This document shows, one piece after another, positions 45,053-56,159 of a stretch of DNA of 64,000 nucleotides; position 1 is the first letter of the stretch, and each line of letters begins with the position of its first letter. The DNA comes from an uncultured virus (IMG/VR IMGVR_UViG_3300035498_001578) (taxonomy: Duplodnaviria > Heunggongvirae > Uroviricota > Caudoviricetes). A program made the position numbers and the translations under genes. The notes below the pieces were generated by a model. That model searched no databases. It had not been told where the DNA came from and worked only from the letters and a program-made list of their open reading frames with translations. The stretch is from IMG/VR virus record IMGVR_UViG_3300035498_001578, one strand, 5' to 3'.

Positions 45053-45775
45053 TTATTTCATTGATACAGTTATCCACAACATATTATTCATCTGTGTTAC
45101 TGCAATATCTTTGATTTTATCATAGAAAAGTATTTCAACACACAACTGCAATTCTTCTTGTAACCCGTAAATAAAATCACTTGTTAAATTTACGACTTCA
45201 CCCAACGCATTTACATATTCTTCACTCGGAATAATTGTATATGCTATGTCAATATTTAAAAGTTCTTCTCTTTCGTCACGCACACAATAATTATCTAACT
45301 TAAATAACTTTGTGTTTAAATTTCTCATATAGTTATAAACTGTGCTTTTTGCTGCATAAGGGATATCATTATACATATTTAAAGGCTTAAAGTCGATATA
45401 TTCAACATTTTCAAGTGTTGGCTCAATAATCATACCATAGTCAATGATATAATCAGCGAACACCTTATCTCCCCTGTTATTGCTTTCTGTATAGCTGTTA
45501 TCTTCTCCAATTTCTTCCTTATCAATGCAAAGGAGTTTATATCCATAACCCTTAATGTAGCGGTCATCGTATTCGTCAAAAACCTTCAATATTGTTTCTA
45601 CCGCCTTGTATTCTCTATCACCGCTGAACCACTGAATTGCATTAAACCTTATTATATAAGTATCGTTTACCTTTCTTATAGTTGAGGGATAAAGACAATT
45701 CCTTCTTAATACTTCGTTAAGTTCTGTATATCCTCTTTTTTCAATTACGATTTCTACTGTCTGTACTACTGCCAT
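45053..45775 (-). CDS. Family-A protein with C-terminal extension
   Basis: Paralog of 37906-38586; GYGYKLL. Confidence 0.8.
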   Translation of the reverse strand: MAVVQTVEIVIEKRGYTELNEVLRRNCLYPSTIRKVNDTYIIRFNAIQWFSGDREYKAVETILKVFDEYDDRYIKGYGYKLLCIDKEEIGEDNSYTESNNRGDKVFADYIIDYGMIIEPTLENVEYIDFKPLNMYNDIPYAAKSTVYNYMRNLNTKLFKLDNYCVRDEREELLNIDIAYTIIPSEEYVNALGEVVNLTSDFIYGLQEELQLCVEILFYDKIKDIAVTQMNNMLWITVSMK

Positions 45776-46041
45776 ATTTAAAATCCCCTTTCGATAATTC
45801 TACAAAATATTGTTTACGCTAAAAGTTAAGACCTTACTCTTAACTTCTAAATATATTATACCATACTATTTAGGAAATTTCAAATACTTAATATTTATAT
45901 TTATTATAGGTTTATACTTATATTTATGTGTTATTAAACAATTTATCAAGGAATTTTTTATTAAAGAATTTATTTAGAAGGCTTGCAAAAATAAAAGGGT
46001 AGAAAAATCTACCCTTTATAATTTATTTATTCACCTACTTT

Positions 46042-46359
46042 TTATATTATATTTTCCAATTTATCCAATGTTATATTTGTTTTATCTGCACCGAATATAT
46101 TTGTCATTTCTCCGCTGTGGTCTGCACTGTAAATATTGGATATATTGCCTTGAATTTTCATAGCCATATTTTTATATCTACATTGCTGCACTCTTTCTTG
46201 TTGGTCTTTCAGTACCTTATTGACTTCTTCGGAAAATTCTCTAACAGCCTGTTCCCTACCATAATAGTAAGCGATTGCAATAAGTTTCTTGATATCGTCC
46301 TTTTCCATATCATACTTATGATTTTCAACGATATCCTTTACCAATTCATAACACTTCAT
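46042..46359 (-). CDS. Hypothetical protein
   Basis: 105 aa, AAAGGAG RBS, promoter and terminator. Confidence 0.75.
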   Translation of the reverse strand: MKCYELVKDIVENHKYDMEKDDIKKLIAIAYYYGREQAVREFSEEVNKVLKDQQERVQQCRYKNMAMKIQGNISNIYSADHSGEMTNIFGADKTNITLDKLENII

Positions 46360-46796
46360 TTTTCATTCTCCTTTCCTTAAATAGCCACATTATAGAAGTC
46401 ACTTGTTTTTGTTTACAAGTATATTATAACAGATAAAACCATAAAATTCAAATACTTTAATCCTATATTTATTATAGTTTTTATATTATATATTTTAATT
46501 TAAAACATTGGGTTAAATATTTAAGCTATTTACATTTTAAAGTATTTATAAATAGCTCATATTTTAATTTTAATAGGGTGTTTATATTTAATTAAACATT
46601 TATACATAATAAATCATAATCAGCGGTAAAACGCATTATATGGCTTTATAACCACATATAAAATCATTTATTGCTTTAAGCATTCAGCTGCGGAATATTT
46701 TATTGAATATTTAAAATTATAATTTGAAAAATATAAATAAATCATTTAATAACCTCAATTAAATAAAAAAGGGTGGAATTTTTCCACCCTCATTTT

Positions 46797-47363
46797 TTAA
46801 CCAACAAGCATTCTTTTCATTTCTTCTATATCGTTCATTTCCTTTTCATACTTACGCTGTATCTTTTCAAGCTGCTCATTCTTTACTCTTATATATTCAT
46901 CTGCTAACTGTTGCCTAACTGTTGGGATGAAATCATTCAATATAGAATAAAGAGTTATTATCATTTCTCTTTTGTACCAATTTTCAAAGTTTGTACCATC
47001 CCAAATGACATCATTTTTTGTATGATAATCATTTTTATATGTTACATATACAATCGGATTTCTTTGGTCTTCCTTGAATGTAATACATACTTTTGCATCG
47101 TAAGGTGAACCGTTTGAATAAGGAGTATATGGAACTGAAAAACCTGTGTTAAAGTCTTGTTTTTCTATTTTTAACTCCTTATAAGTATCATTCACAAGCT
47201 GCAAACCCTTTACAAGTTTATCAAACATCAATTCATACAACTTAGTCTTTTCATTTTTCAGACCAACAACTTTCGCTTTTTCTTCTGCAACCGCAATTTC
47301 TATTTTATCTCTTCTTGCGATAACCTCATCAACTGTTATATTTTCGAATTTTCTCATAGTCAA
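46797..47363 (-). CDS. Coiled-coil protein (copy 1)
   Basis: EEKAKVV, YELM and QQLADEYI shared with 47583. Confidence 0.8.
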   Translation of the reverse strand: MTMRKFENITVDEVIARRDKIEIAVAEEKAKVVGLKNEKTKLYELMFDKLVKGLQLVNDTYKELKIEKQDFNTGFSVPYTPYSNGSPYDAKVCITFKEDQRNPIVYVTYKNDYHTKNDVIWDGTNFENWYKREMIITLYSILNDFIPTVRQQLADEYIRVKNEQLEKIQRKYEKEMNDIEEMKRMLVG

Positions 47364-47582
47364 AACTTCCTTTCGTTTAAGTATTTGTTTTTGTTTACAA
47401 ACATATTATAGCATACTGTTTAAGAAATTGCAAATACTTTATACCTATATTTATTGTAGGTTTTTATTATACACCATCTGTGCTGCCTATTAAATGATTT
47501 ATTAACGATATTCCATATTAAAAATTTTTCACATAGAAAAAAGGGTGAATTTGCTCACCCTTATTACATCACCGCCTTTTTA

Positions 47583-48140
47583 TTATCCTACAAATAATTG
47601 CTTAAGTTCAGCTAAAACAAGTTTTTCAGCATTATATTTATTTATAATATCGTCAACTTCTTTATTTTTCATATTTATATATTCATCTGCAAGTTGTTGT
47701 TTAATTACCTTTATTGCATCATTCCATACCGCATAGATTTTTGCAATATTTTCTTTAAATTCCCAACCGCTGATTTCCAGTTTGTCATAAGCAGATATTC
47801 TTAAATTCTTTCCGTTATTACAAACTAAAGTATCTATAAGTGCTGTCTTTTTATCTTCTCTAAAGTAAAAACCAACAAATGATTGCTTTACAACCTCATT
47901 ATTTAATTTGTAAAGGAATTTTACTTCTGTATTAAACATAAATTTCTGAATTTTTAATTCCTTCCATATATTGTTGATTTCAGTTAAGTCTTTTTTGAGC
48001 TTTTCAATCATAAGCTCATATATTTTATCTTTTTCACTTTCAATCGCAACAACCTTTGCTTTTTCCTCTGAAATTGTTACCTCAATATTGTTTTTCTTAG
48101 CCAAAATTTCCTCTAAGCTGATGTTTTCAAAATTTCTCAT
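47583..48140 (-). CDS. Coiled-coil protein (copy 2)
   Basis: Tandem paralog of 46797. Confidence 0.8.
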   Translation of the reverse strand: MRNFENISLEEILAKKNNIEVTISEEKAKVVAIESEKDKIYELMIEKLKKDLTEINNIWKELKIQKFMFNTEVKFLYKLNNEVVKQSFVGFYFREDKKTALIDTLVCNNGKNLRISAYDKLEISGWEFKENIAKIYAVWNDAIKVIKQQLADEYINMKNKEVDDIINKYNAEKLVLAELKQLFVG

Positions 48141-48948
48141 TTTTCATAACCCCTTTCAAAAAAGTTACAAGTAATATTTTCGTTTACAAGTATATTATAA
48201 CATACTCTTTAATGAATTTCAAATACTAAATACTTATATTGATTATAGGATTATAATTATACTGCTACATTATTAAATGATTTATTATTCATAGAAAAAT
48301 TGTTGAGCTGATTTTAAATATTTATTACTTTTTAGTTTTAAATATTTATTATGGTTTATTGGCTTTATATTCACTCTCTAAGCTGCATTAAATATTTAAT
48401 AGGTGAATTATACCTAAAATCAAAACAACCGCTTTAAAAGGCAAAATAAGAGGATATAAGGCTATATTTTGTTAAGTAGAAATATTGTGTAAAGATAAAA
48501 CTGCTTTATAAATTATTTATTTAATTGAAATTTATTTAACGGGTTAAATATTTAAAAAAGTTATTTGATGAATTTTTTTTAGATAAATATTTTTTCAGTA
48601 AATGTTTTTTGAATAAATATTTAAGATAAAGAATAGTTTAAAGAATCAAACCATATAGAAAAATTGTAACGCTGAATATTATATGCGATATTCAGAACCG
48701 AAGACTAAAAAACACACTATGCTTTATTTTGCGTTTAAATGCCGTTTTTAGCGTGTTTAATAAACTGCCTGTATAACTTATCCTAAATTTGCTTAAAATC
48801 AAAAATAAGGGCATTTACGGCTCATATTCGGCTATATATAAATCAATATCTCTGTTGTATATGAGATTTCCACTCACAACCCTGTCTGTAAATAAATGAT
48901 TTAACAAATTGGGTGTTGCCATTATCCATAATTTGTGGTACTATATCC

Positions 48949-49138
48949 ATAGTCTATACTACCGCTGCTACGGGTAGCCTTAGTAATTACATACCCTACC
49001 TTTTGAGGGTATAACTCAATTTTGGCTATGAATTTATACTTAGGGTATCTAATACTCTAATAACACCCTATTATTTATTACTTAGGCTAACCTCCATACT
49101 AAGAAATAAATTATATACTAAGATTAACAGTAGACTAT
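48949..49138 (+). ncRNA. Candidate ~190-nt structured ncRNA next to the origin-like locus
   Basis: TTGCCA-17-TACTAT promoter at 48916-48944; closing stem ATAGTCTA/TAGACTAT and long internal stems. Confidence 0.5.
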
Positions 49139-49199
49139 ATATAATTAATATCTTAGTGTAACATCTATCCTAAATATTAATTTATATAATATAAAAAGA

Positions 49200-49534
49200 A
49201 TAATCATGCATGGATGTATATTAATTATTTTATATCTAAGGATAAAGTATATACTAATATCTAAAGTATAACTAAATTAATATATACATATATACATGAT
49301 TATTAATATTAATATATATAGTAGTAGTAGGGGATAGTCAAAAATGTTAATAAGTGCCTCAAATGCCTACTATATCGTTGAATAGGTATGTTGATAAGAT
49401 GTTAATAAGTCGAAAGTTATCCACATCTATCAACATCAATTAACATAGTTTGAAAAATAAAACAAAATTGTATGTTGATAAAAATAGAGTTATCAACACT
49501 TATTAACATATGATGTTGATAAATATGTTGATAA
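49200..49534. other. oriC-like replication origin: AT-rich region, DnaA-trios and DnaA-box cluster
   Basis: (TAG)4 at 49319-49330 then GGG; one TTATCCACA at 49417 and about ten TTATCAACA/TTATTAACA-type boxes at 49345-49534. Confidence 0.75.
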
Positions 49535-49674
49535 CTAAAAATAGAATCTACTCACCTTATTAAACCATTTAATAAGCCAAGGGGCGGAGATTGTTAAAAA
49601 ATTAACAATATTGTGCAAGTATTTAACAAACTTTTTAAACATAAAAATAGGTGGGATTTCTCCCACCTTATTTA

Positions 49675-50460
49675 TTATAACTCACTGATTACCTTTTCGA
49701 TTTTTTTGAGTATCTTTGCATTTCTCTCTGTAAACTTAATCGTTATCTGATGTGTATACATTAAAGTGTTTTTATCCCCAATATCAAGATATCCGTCTGT
49801 TGAGAACTCAATATCTTTTAACTTCTTTTTGAGGTTCAGCCTGTTAGCCATAAACTTCTTTACTGTTGCTTTTGCATTTTTATCACTATCGTTTATCCAA
49901 AGAGTTCCGTCATACTCTCTATCGATAAAACTATAACTGTCAGCGTCAGCATACTTTTCAATTATTGTTTCAAAACCAACGCTAATTGTATCATCGCTAC
50001 TACTTGTAACATAGCAATAATCAGATTTCCTGTCGATGTTATCTCTGTTATTCTTAAAGATTTCCTCAACCTTTTTGTCAAAGTTTTCTCTGCTAATCAA
50101 ACCGCTTGCATTTGCAAGATTTTCTTTAGCCTTATTAACTTTTGTTTCAGCTGCTGAAATTTTAAGTCTTAATGCTTTTATTTCCTTTATCAATTTGTCA
50201 TAGTTTTGATATTCTGCCTTTGTCTTATCAAACTGTTCTCTAACCTTTGGAGCAAGTCTAACAGCCGTTACAGTGTAATCATTTGCACTTCTAAACCACA
50301 AATGTCTTATACTACTGTCTAACTGTAAGAATTTCATTTCTCCATAACCATCATATTCCTGTTCGATGAGCATACCAACAAATTCATTATCCTTATATTT
50401 AATTCTCTTTACATCATAAAGTTTGATTTTCTTTGTTGCCTTAGTTGTTGTGTTTGCCAT
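49675..50460 (-). CDS. Hypothetical protein with central coiled coil
   Basis: GAGGAG RBS before the ATG at 50460; C-terminus homologous to 39633. Confidence 0.75.
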   Translation of the reverse strand: MANTTTKATKKIKLYDVKRIKYKDNEFVGMLIEQEYDGYGEMKFLQLDSSIRHLWFRSANDYTVTAVRLAPKVREQFDKTKAEYQNYDKLIKEIKALRLKISAAETKVNKAKENLANASGLISRENFDKKVEEIFKNNRDNIDRKSDYCYVTSSSDDTISVGFETIIEKYADADSYSFIDREYDGTLWINDSDKNAKATVKKFMANRLNLKKKLKDIEFSTDGYLDIGDKNTLMYTHQITIKFTERNAKILKKIEKVISEL

Positions 50461-50712
50461 TGTGCATTCTCCTCTCAATTTTAAAAACTACTGAAAAACT
50501 GTGTTTTGTTGTTTACAAGTATTATTATAGCATACATTCTGTTTATTGTCAAGTACTTTTTTAAAAATATTTTAAATTATTTATTAAAATGTTTTTTCTT
50601 AATTTTTTTCTTAATCTTTAATTGTTAATTATTTACGCTGCGTGTTATTAAACCATTTATTAAAAAGGGTTGGAAAAAATAAAAGGGTGGAGTTTTCTCC
50701 ACCCTTTATAAA

Positions 50713-50904
50713 TCACTTACTTCTATACAAACCCGATAATGACTTGTAAAACTTGTCTGAAACGATGGGCAATGTGCAACTTCTGCTACCTCTCACAATT
50801 TCAGTTGTACCATCAGCGTAAAACAGCTTTGCAATTTTGTTGCCGTTGATATCGTGTGCTGCGTGATATTTAATTACCTCTTTGTTTTCAAATTCGAATG
50901 ACAT
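50713..50904 (-). CDS. Small hypothetical protein
   Basis: 63 aa with promoter, RBS and terminator. Confidence 0.7.
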   Translation of the reverse strand: MSFEFENKEVIKYHAAHDINGNKIAKLFYADGTTEIVRGSRSCTLPIVSDKFYKSLSGLYRSK

Positions 50905-51392
50905 ATAATCACCTTTACCCTTTCATATTAGTTTTTTGTATTTCCTGTTTACAAGTATTATTATAGCATACATTCTGTTATTTGTCAATACCTAATTTTT
51001 TTTTAAAAGAATGTTTTTATATATATGAGCTAATTAAATAAAGTTCGTTATTTAAAAAAATTATTATTTAAAATAAATCATATAAATATATATTTAAAAC
51101 AGCTCAAATTAGCCATATAAGGCGGTTAAATAAATACTTAAATAAATTCTCCGCTAAATAATTAACCCTTGTATATAAGCCATATAAACGCATTGTATAC
51201 TGCGTGGTATTTGCTAAATATCTGTGGTATAATTGTGGGATAATTGTACCACGCTAAAAAATATTTAATATTTAGTATTTAGAAATAATATTTAAAAAAA
51301 TATTTAAAAAATATTCATCAAATAAAAAAGGGTGAATATTTTCACCCTTTAATTTTTTAAATATTTATCTTTCAATATTTATCTTTCAATAT

Positions 51393-52481
51393 TTATCTTT
51401 CAAACATAACTGTTTTTCTGTGAGTGATTTTTGAAATGTTTTCAATAGGTAAATCAATTTTATTTAATTCTGTGAAAATTGAGTTCAAACCTAACCACTC
51501 TTTTTTTATAAATTCAGAAGCCTTAAAGTCTAACTTTTCTTCGATATGCTTAATCAAAGTATAAACATTGATTTTTTCGGTTATATCTTTTCTTTTGTAT
51601 TCCTCAATCTTTGTGTTAGGTGTTTCAGATAATGTAAATGTAACATATACTGTTTTTACCTTATCGGAAACAGCATTTAAAGATTTTGTAATATCTCTTT
51701 CATACTGTTCTGTTGTTAAGTTATTATTGATTAACATTTCAATATAACCTTCACGCAACTTTACCTCTTTGATTTTTTCTTTAACTAAAGATACTGTATT
51801 ATTGATTGTATCTTCAATAGAAGTATAACCAAGAATATCGTTTAAAACATCAAATTGAGTAATTATATGAGTATTACTATTTATTATGTCTTTTATTACT
51901 TGCTGTGCTACTTTTGAAACATCTGTACCAAACAACTGATATCTTCTTGCTGTCGCTTCAAGATTGAGAATTCCTTTTTCAATCTTTTCTATATCAAATT
52001 CCCTTCCAATCTTATCATAGATTTTCTCTAATTCTGTAATGTAAAATTCTGTGTACCCATCTTCGGGATAATCAACCTCTATATCGTTATAAAGGTTTTC
52101 AGTTTCACGCTCATAGCGTTTTGAATATTCCTCTGAAATATCGGATAAAAATTTTACATTATCGTCTGGAAATTCGCTGTTCTTTTCAGATGGAGCAAAA
52201 TCAAACGCATTCTTGATATAATAAACATTGTCTTTTTCAATCACAATAGGACTTGTTATTATATCGTTGAGAATAAGTTTTTCAAATGCTTTTTCTCTTG
52301 AATAATACTTTTCAGCATATACATACTTCGCATCAAATACTTTTCTAACGATAACAGCGTAATGATTTTTTTCATTCAATGATATTATAAAATCACCATC
52401 ATTCTCATTAAGACCTTTTTTAATGCTGTTGAATAGTTCAGCATTCCATCCCCAATTTTTTATACATTCATAAGATTTCAT
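51393..52481 (-). CDS. Hypothetical protein, paralog of 52692-53642
   Basis: Shared AKYVY, ARRYQL, DITK.LNA, KTV.VTF.L, ENI.KIT. Confidence 0.8.
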   Translation of the reverse strand: MKSYECIKNWGWNAELFNSIKKGLNENDGDFIISLNEKNHYAVIVRKVFDAKYVYAEKYYSREKAFEKLILNDIITSPIVIEKDNVYYIKNAFDFAPSEKNSEFPDDNVKFLSDISEEYSKRYERETENLYNDIEVDYPEDGYTEFYITELEKIYDKIGREFDIEKIEKGILNLEATARRYQLFGTDVSKVAQQVIKDIINSNTHIITQFDVLNDILGYTSIEDTINNTVSLVKEKIKEVKLREGYIEMLINNNLTTEQYERDITKSLNAVSDKVKTVYVTFTLSETPNTKIEEYKRKDITEKINVYTLIKHIEEKLDFKASEFIKKEWLGLNSIFTELNKIDLPIENISKITHRKTVMFER

Positions 52482-52691
52482 ATTAAAAATTCCTCCTTCG
52501 ATAGTTCGTTTTTTGTTTACAAGTATATTATAGCATATTGCTGTATAAATTGCAAATACTATAAACCTATATTTATTATAGTTTTATAATTATATCCCTG
52601 TGCGGTTATTAAATGATTTATTATTTACTTATAAAAAATATTTAAAAAATAAAAGAGGGTGGAAAAATCCACCCTTTACAAAATATTTATA

Positions 52692-53642
52692 TTACTTTTC
52701 GAATAATACATTTTTACCATAAGTAATCTTTACAATGTTTTCAGTTGTTAAAGGTGTTCCATTCGATGAAAAATCTTTAGCGTTTAATTTTTTCAGCAAT
52801 TCTCTGCCTTTTGCACCGTTAGAAAAACTGCAATGACTAAATGTATTTCTATCAATAACATAGTCAATAACTTTCTTAATTTCAACTTTTTCTGAACCTG
52901 TTATTCCGTTCAATTCAAATGTAACATTTACTGTCTTTGCTACATCTTTGATTGCATTTAAAGGTTTTGTAATATCAATTTCCCACTGTTCAACTGTATC
53001 ATTGTTAGCAATCAAATTTTCAATATATTGAACTCTTGATTTCAACCATACAAAATCTTTTTCGTTTGATTTTACAACCTTTTCAATGATTTCTTCTTTT
53101 GGAGCATAACCGATTTCAGCCTTTAATATATCTGTATGTGATAACTTCTTTTCTGTTATATACTCTCTTTGCTCATCGAATACATTCAAATTTTTCAGTT
53201 GATAACGCCTTGCATCATTTCTCATAGTTGAAATTTTTTCTTCTGAAAAATCGGTATTGACTTTAATATCATTGTAAAACTTCTTTATTTCTGTTTCATA
53301 AATAGCTTTATATTCATCTGAAACCTCTGTAAAAGTTTTTACATTGTTGGGAAATGCCGTTTCATCTCTGCTTGCAAAAACCCATTCGTCAACAAGATAT
53401 TTATTATCCTTTACTAACATTGCAAAAGTCATTCTCTTGTGTTCCCCGTTTATCAAATGTTCGATTAATTCTTCTCTATCGTATGAGTATTCATAATAGA
53501 CATACTTAGCTCCAAAAATGTCATCTACTACTACTGAATATATTTGAGGTTCTGTATATCCTTTTTCTTGAATCTCAAATATAAACTGACTTTTATTTTC
53601 CTTTATACCCTGTGCAAACTTTTCAAATAATTTAATGTTCAT
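52692..53642 (-). CDS. Hypothetical protein, paralog of 51393-52481
   Basis: Same shared motifs; AAGGAGG RBS. Confidence 0.8.
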   Translation of the reverse strand: MNIKLFEKFAQGIKENKSQFIFEIQEKGYTEPQIYSVVVDDIFGAKYVYYEYSYDREELIEHLINGEHKRMTFAMLVKDNKYLVDEWVFASRDETAFPNNVKTFTEVSDEYKAIYETEIKKFYNDIKVNTDFSEEKISTMRNDARRYQLKNLNVFDEQREYITEKKLSHTDILKAEIGYAPKEEIIEKVVKSNEKDFVWLKSRVQYIENLIANNDTVEQWEIDITKPLNAIKDVAKTVNVTFELNGITGSEKVEIKKVIDYVIDRNTFSHCSFSNGAKGRELLKKLNAKDFSSNGTPLTTENIVKITYGKNVLFEK

Positions 53643-53761
53643 AAATAAATCCTCCTTAAATAATTAAAAATTATTGATTTTTTTCAAGCTAATTTTTATA
53701 TTTGCGTTCTTAACTTGATAAATATATTATAGCATAAATTCTGTTTATTGTCAAGTACTTT

Positions 53762-54238
53762 TTAATCAAAAAGGCTTTTTATTAAATTAGTATCTGCTGT
53801 CGGTATAGGATTATATATAAAACCTGTTCCATACTTATACACACCACCGTTATATTTAACCTCAAAAAGATTGATTGATTTTAAATAATTAATATTAGAT
53901 AGAATATCCCATGGAGTAGTATAACCATTATCTATAGCATAGTTTATTGCTTTTTCCTGTTCTATTGTACCCACACGGCAATCATTATTATTATAATTTT
54001 TCCAAAGCATATATAATTCAGAAAATAATTCATTAGCCTGTAAATCTTTAAAATTGTTATACAGATAATCAAAGTTATTTTCTATTACCTGTGTTTGGGT
54101 ATGATTGTATAATTTACAGCTTGCAGAAAAAACCAATCCGTCTGCTGACTCCTCACATTCTATTGTTACAGTAGGTATGCAATTTTTTAAGCCACATTTA
54201 TACCCATCAATTTTATCAAAAACAAATGTTTTAATCAT
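53762..54238 (-). CDS. Hypothetical protein, paralog of 61028-61528
   Basis: Shared K.DGYK.G.KNC, GLVF.A, GT.EQE.AI, YKYG, IPT.D. Confidence 0.8.
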   Translation of the reverse strand: MIKTFVFDKIDGYKCGLKNCIPTVTIECEESADGLVFSASCKLYNHTQTQVIENNFDYLYNNFKDLQANELFSELYMLWKNYNNNDCRVGTIEQEKAINYAIDNGYTTPWDILSNINYLKSINLFEVKYNGGVYKYGTGFIYNPIPTADTNLIKSLFD

Positions 54239-54728
54239 TTTTAATTCACTCCTTATTTATTTTTTATAGGTTATTAAAGTTTATTGATTGTTATCATTAT
54301 ACTACTTTTTTTGTTTATTGTCAAGTACTTTTTAAAAAATAAATACTTTTTAAATTATTTAAGTTTATGATTAGGAAAAATATATAGAAAAAAGCAGATG
54401 GAAAAGATATAATTGCTACTGCGTGTATAAACACTGATGTAATACTGTATTCGGCTGTATAATAAGAGTTTAATTATTATATGTGTAATTCTTAACATAA
54501 AAATAAACGGCTGTATATAAGCCGTATAAGAGATTTTAAAGGGTGTTTATATTTTTTAAAAAATTATTTGCTTAATAAATTATTTAATAGTGAAAAATAA
54601 AAATGCTATTAAATCATTTAATAAAAACAGGGGGGCTGGATTGTTAAAAATTTAACAATATTGTAAAAATATTTAACAAACTTTTTGCAAAAAAAAGAAC
54701 GGCTATTTCAGCCGTTCCTTTTTATTTA

Positions 54729-55784
54729 TTAAATTGCCACATCAGCAAACTTATCGTTGATTACAAGTGTATTTCCGTCACAATCAACCTCATAAGTTGT
54801 TGTATTATCCTTTGACTTCTTTTCAACCGCATTGTTAAACAATGTGTTGTTGAGAATTGCCATCGCCTTGCTTGTGTTGAGTGTTACTCTTGCATTGGCT
54901 ACCTTTATACCTGTTCTCTTTACAAGGTCTTTGAGATACTCTCTCTTTTCGTCTATATCCATATTTGCAAGGATATTATTCTGCTTATCAAGTTCATTCT
55001 TGATAGCTGTATCAAAAGCATTCAACTTCTTGCCACCCTCAATCTTTTTAAGTGTTGCATTGATTGAAGGTACAGTCTTAAGTCCTTTAATATAAACTTC
55101 GATTTCTCTTGTCTGTCTTGCACCGCTGACTTCTTTTTCGTTGTCGATACCCTCATACACATTGTCTGATGTGATACCATACTGTTTGAGAATTTCAATC
55201 TGTTCAGCAGTGTACATACTTGAATACTGATTAGGAAAATTCTCTTTATTCAAGTGCTTTGCAACTTTATTCTTGATACTTGCATTATTGAGTACCTCAA
55301 TCATACCAAACAACTTCTTGTTGTCAACCGCCGTATCGTCTGTAATAGGTCTGTTCAGCAAACTAACAGTTGCTTTAACCTCATTTTCTGAATATTCTTT
55401 TACATTTTCCAAAAAGTCCATATTTCCAACAAACTTTTTAGGAATGATAACATTCATTGTTGGAATGTTTACAGAACCATTCATAACATATGATTGATTT
55501 CTGTAAATATGACATCTGATGGTCTTATCCAACCCGACTGCCTTTGCTGTCTTTGGGTTCAGCTGAACCACACCATTGATTTTATTTCTGATTGAGAAAT
55601 TCAATTCCATACCATTGGTAACAAGATTGTTAGCAAGCGGTGTAATAATCGTTTCCTCATCAGCCTTAAACATATCAAAGTTGTCATTCACCTTTGCGGT
55701 GATACGCTTGTAATCCTTTGCGTAAATAACCTTTGCATTATTGTTAGCAAGTTCGCTCATAACTGAAATAATAGATTTTGACAT
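54729..55784 (-). CDS. Hypothetical protein, paralog of 43644-44690
   Basis: 351 aa, AAGGAGG RBS, consensus promoter. Confidence 0.8.
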   Translation of the reverse strand: MSKSIISVMSELANNNAKVIYAKDYKRITAKVNDNFDMFKADEETIITPLANNLVTNGMELNFSIRNKINGVVQLNPKTAKAVGLDKTIRCHIYRNQSYVMNGSVNIPTMNVIIPKKFVGNMDFLENVKEYSENEVKATVSLLNRPITDDTAVDNKKLFGMIEVLNNASIKNKVAKHLNKENFPNQYSSMYTAEQIEILKQYGITSDNVYEGIDNEKEVSGARQTREIEVYIKGLKTVPSINATLKKIEGGKKLNAFDTAIKNELDKQNNILANMDIDEKREYLKDLVKRTGIKVANARVTLNTSKAMAILNNTLFNNAVEKKSKDNTTTYEVDCDGNTLVINDKFADVAI

Positions 55785-56159
55785 ATTTGTGTCCTCCTTG
55801 AATAGTAAAATTTTTTAAGGTTCTAAGGTCTTGTTTGGTGTTCCCTCTCTCAACCTTGTGAATATATTATAACATAAATTCCGTTTATTGTCAATAGTTT
55901 TTTAAAACTTTTTTTGAAAAGTCTATTGTTTGTTTTTATGAATTATTAAATTATTATAATAGAAAACCTATACAGGGTTGAGCTGCGAAGGGTTTATTAA
56001 ATAATTTATAATTTAAAAATATTATGTTTTAAATTATATTTTGAATAATGAAAAGATATTCTGTTAAATATTTTATAAATATCTTATTAAATGATTTATT
56101 AAGCATTTATTTTAAATATAACGGATAGGCTTTTTTACCTATCCGCTGTATTATCCTAA

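Noticed and set aside
51359..51401. 14-bp tandem repeat AATATTTATCTTTC x3 at a stop codon
   Set aside because: Looks like simple slippage duplication and does not change the protein
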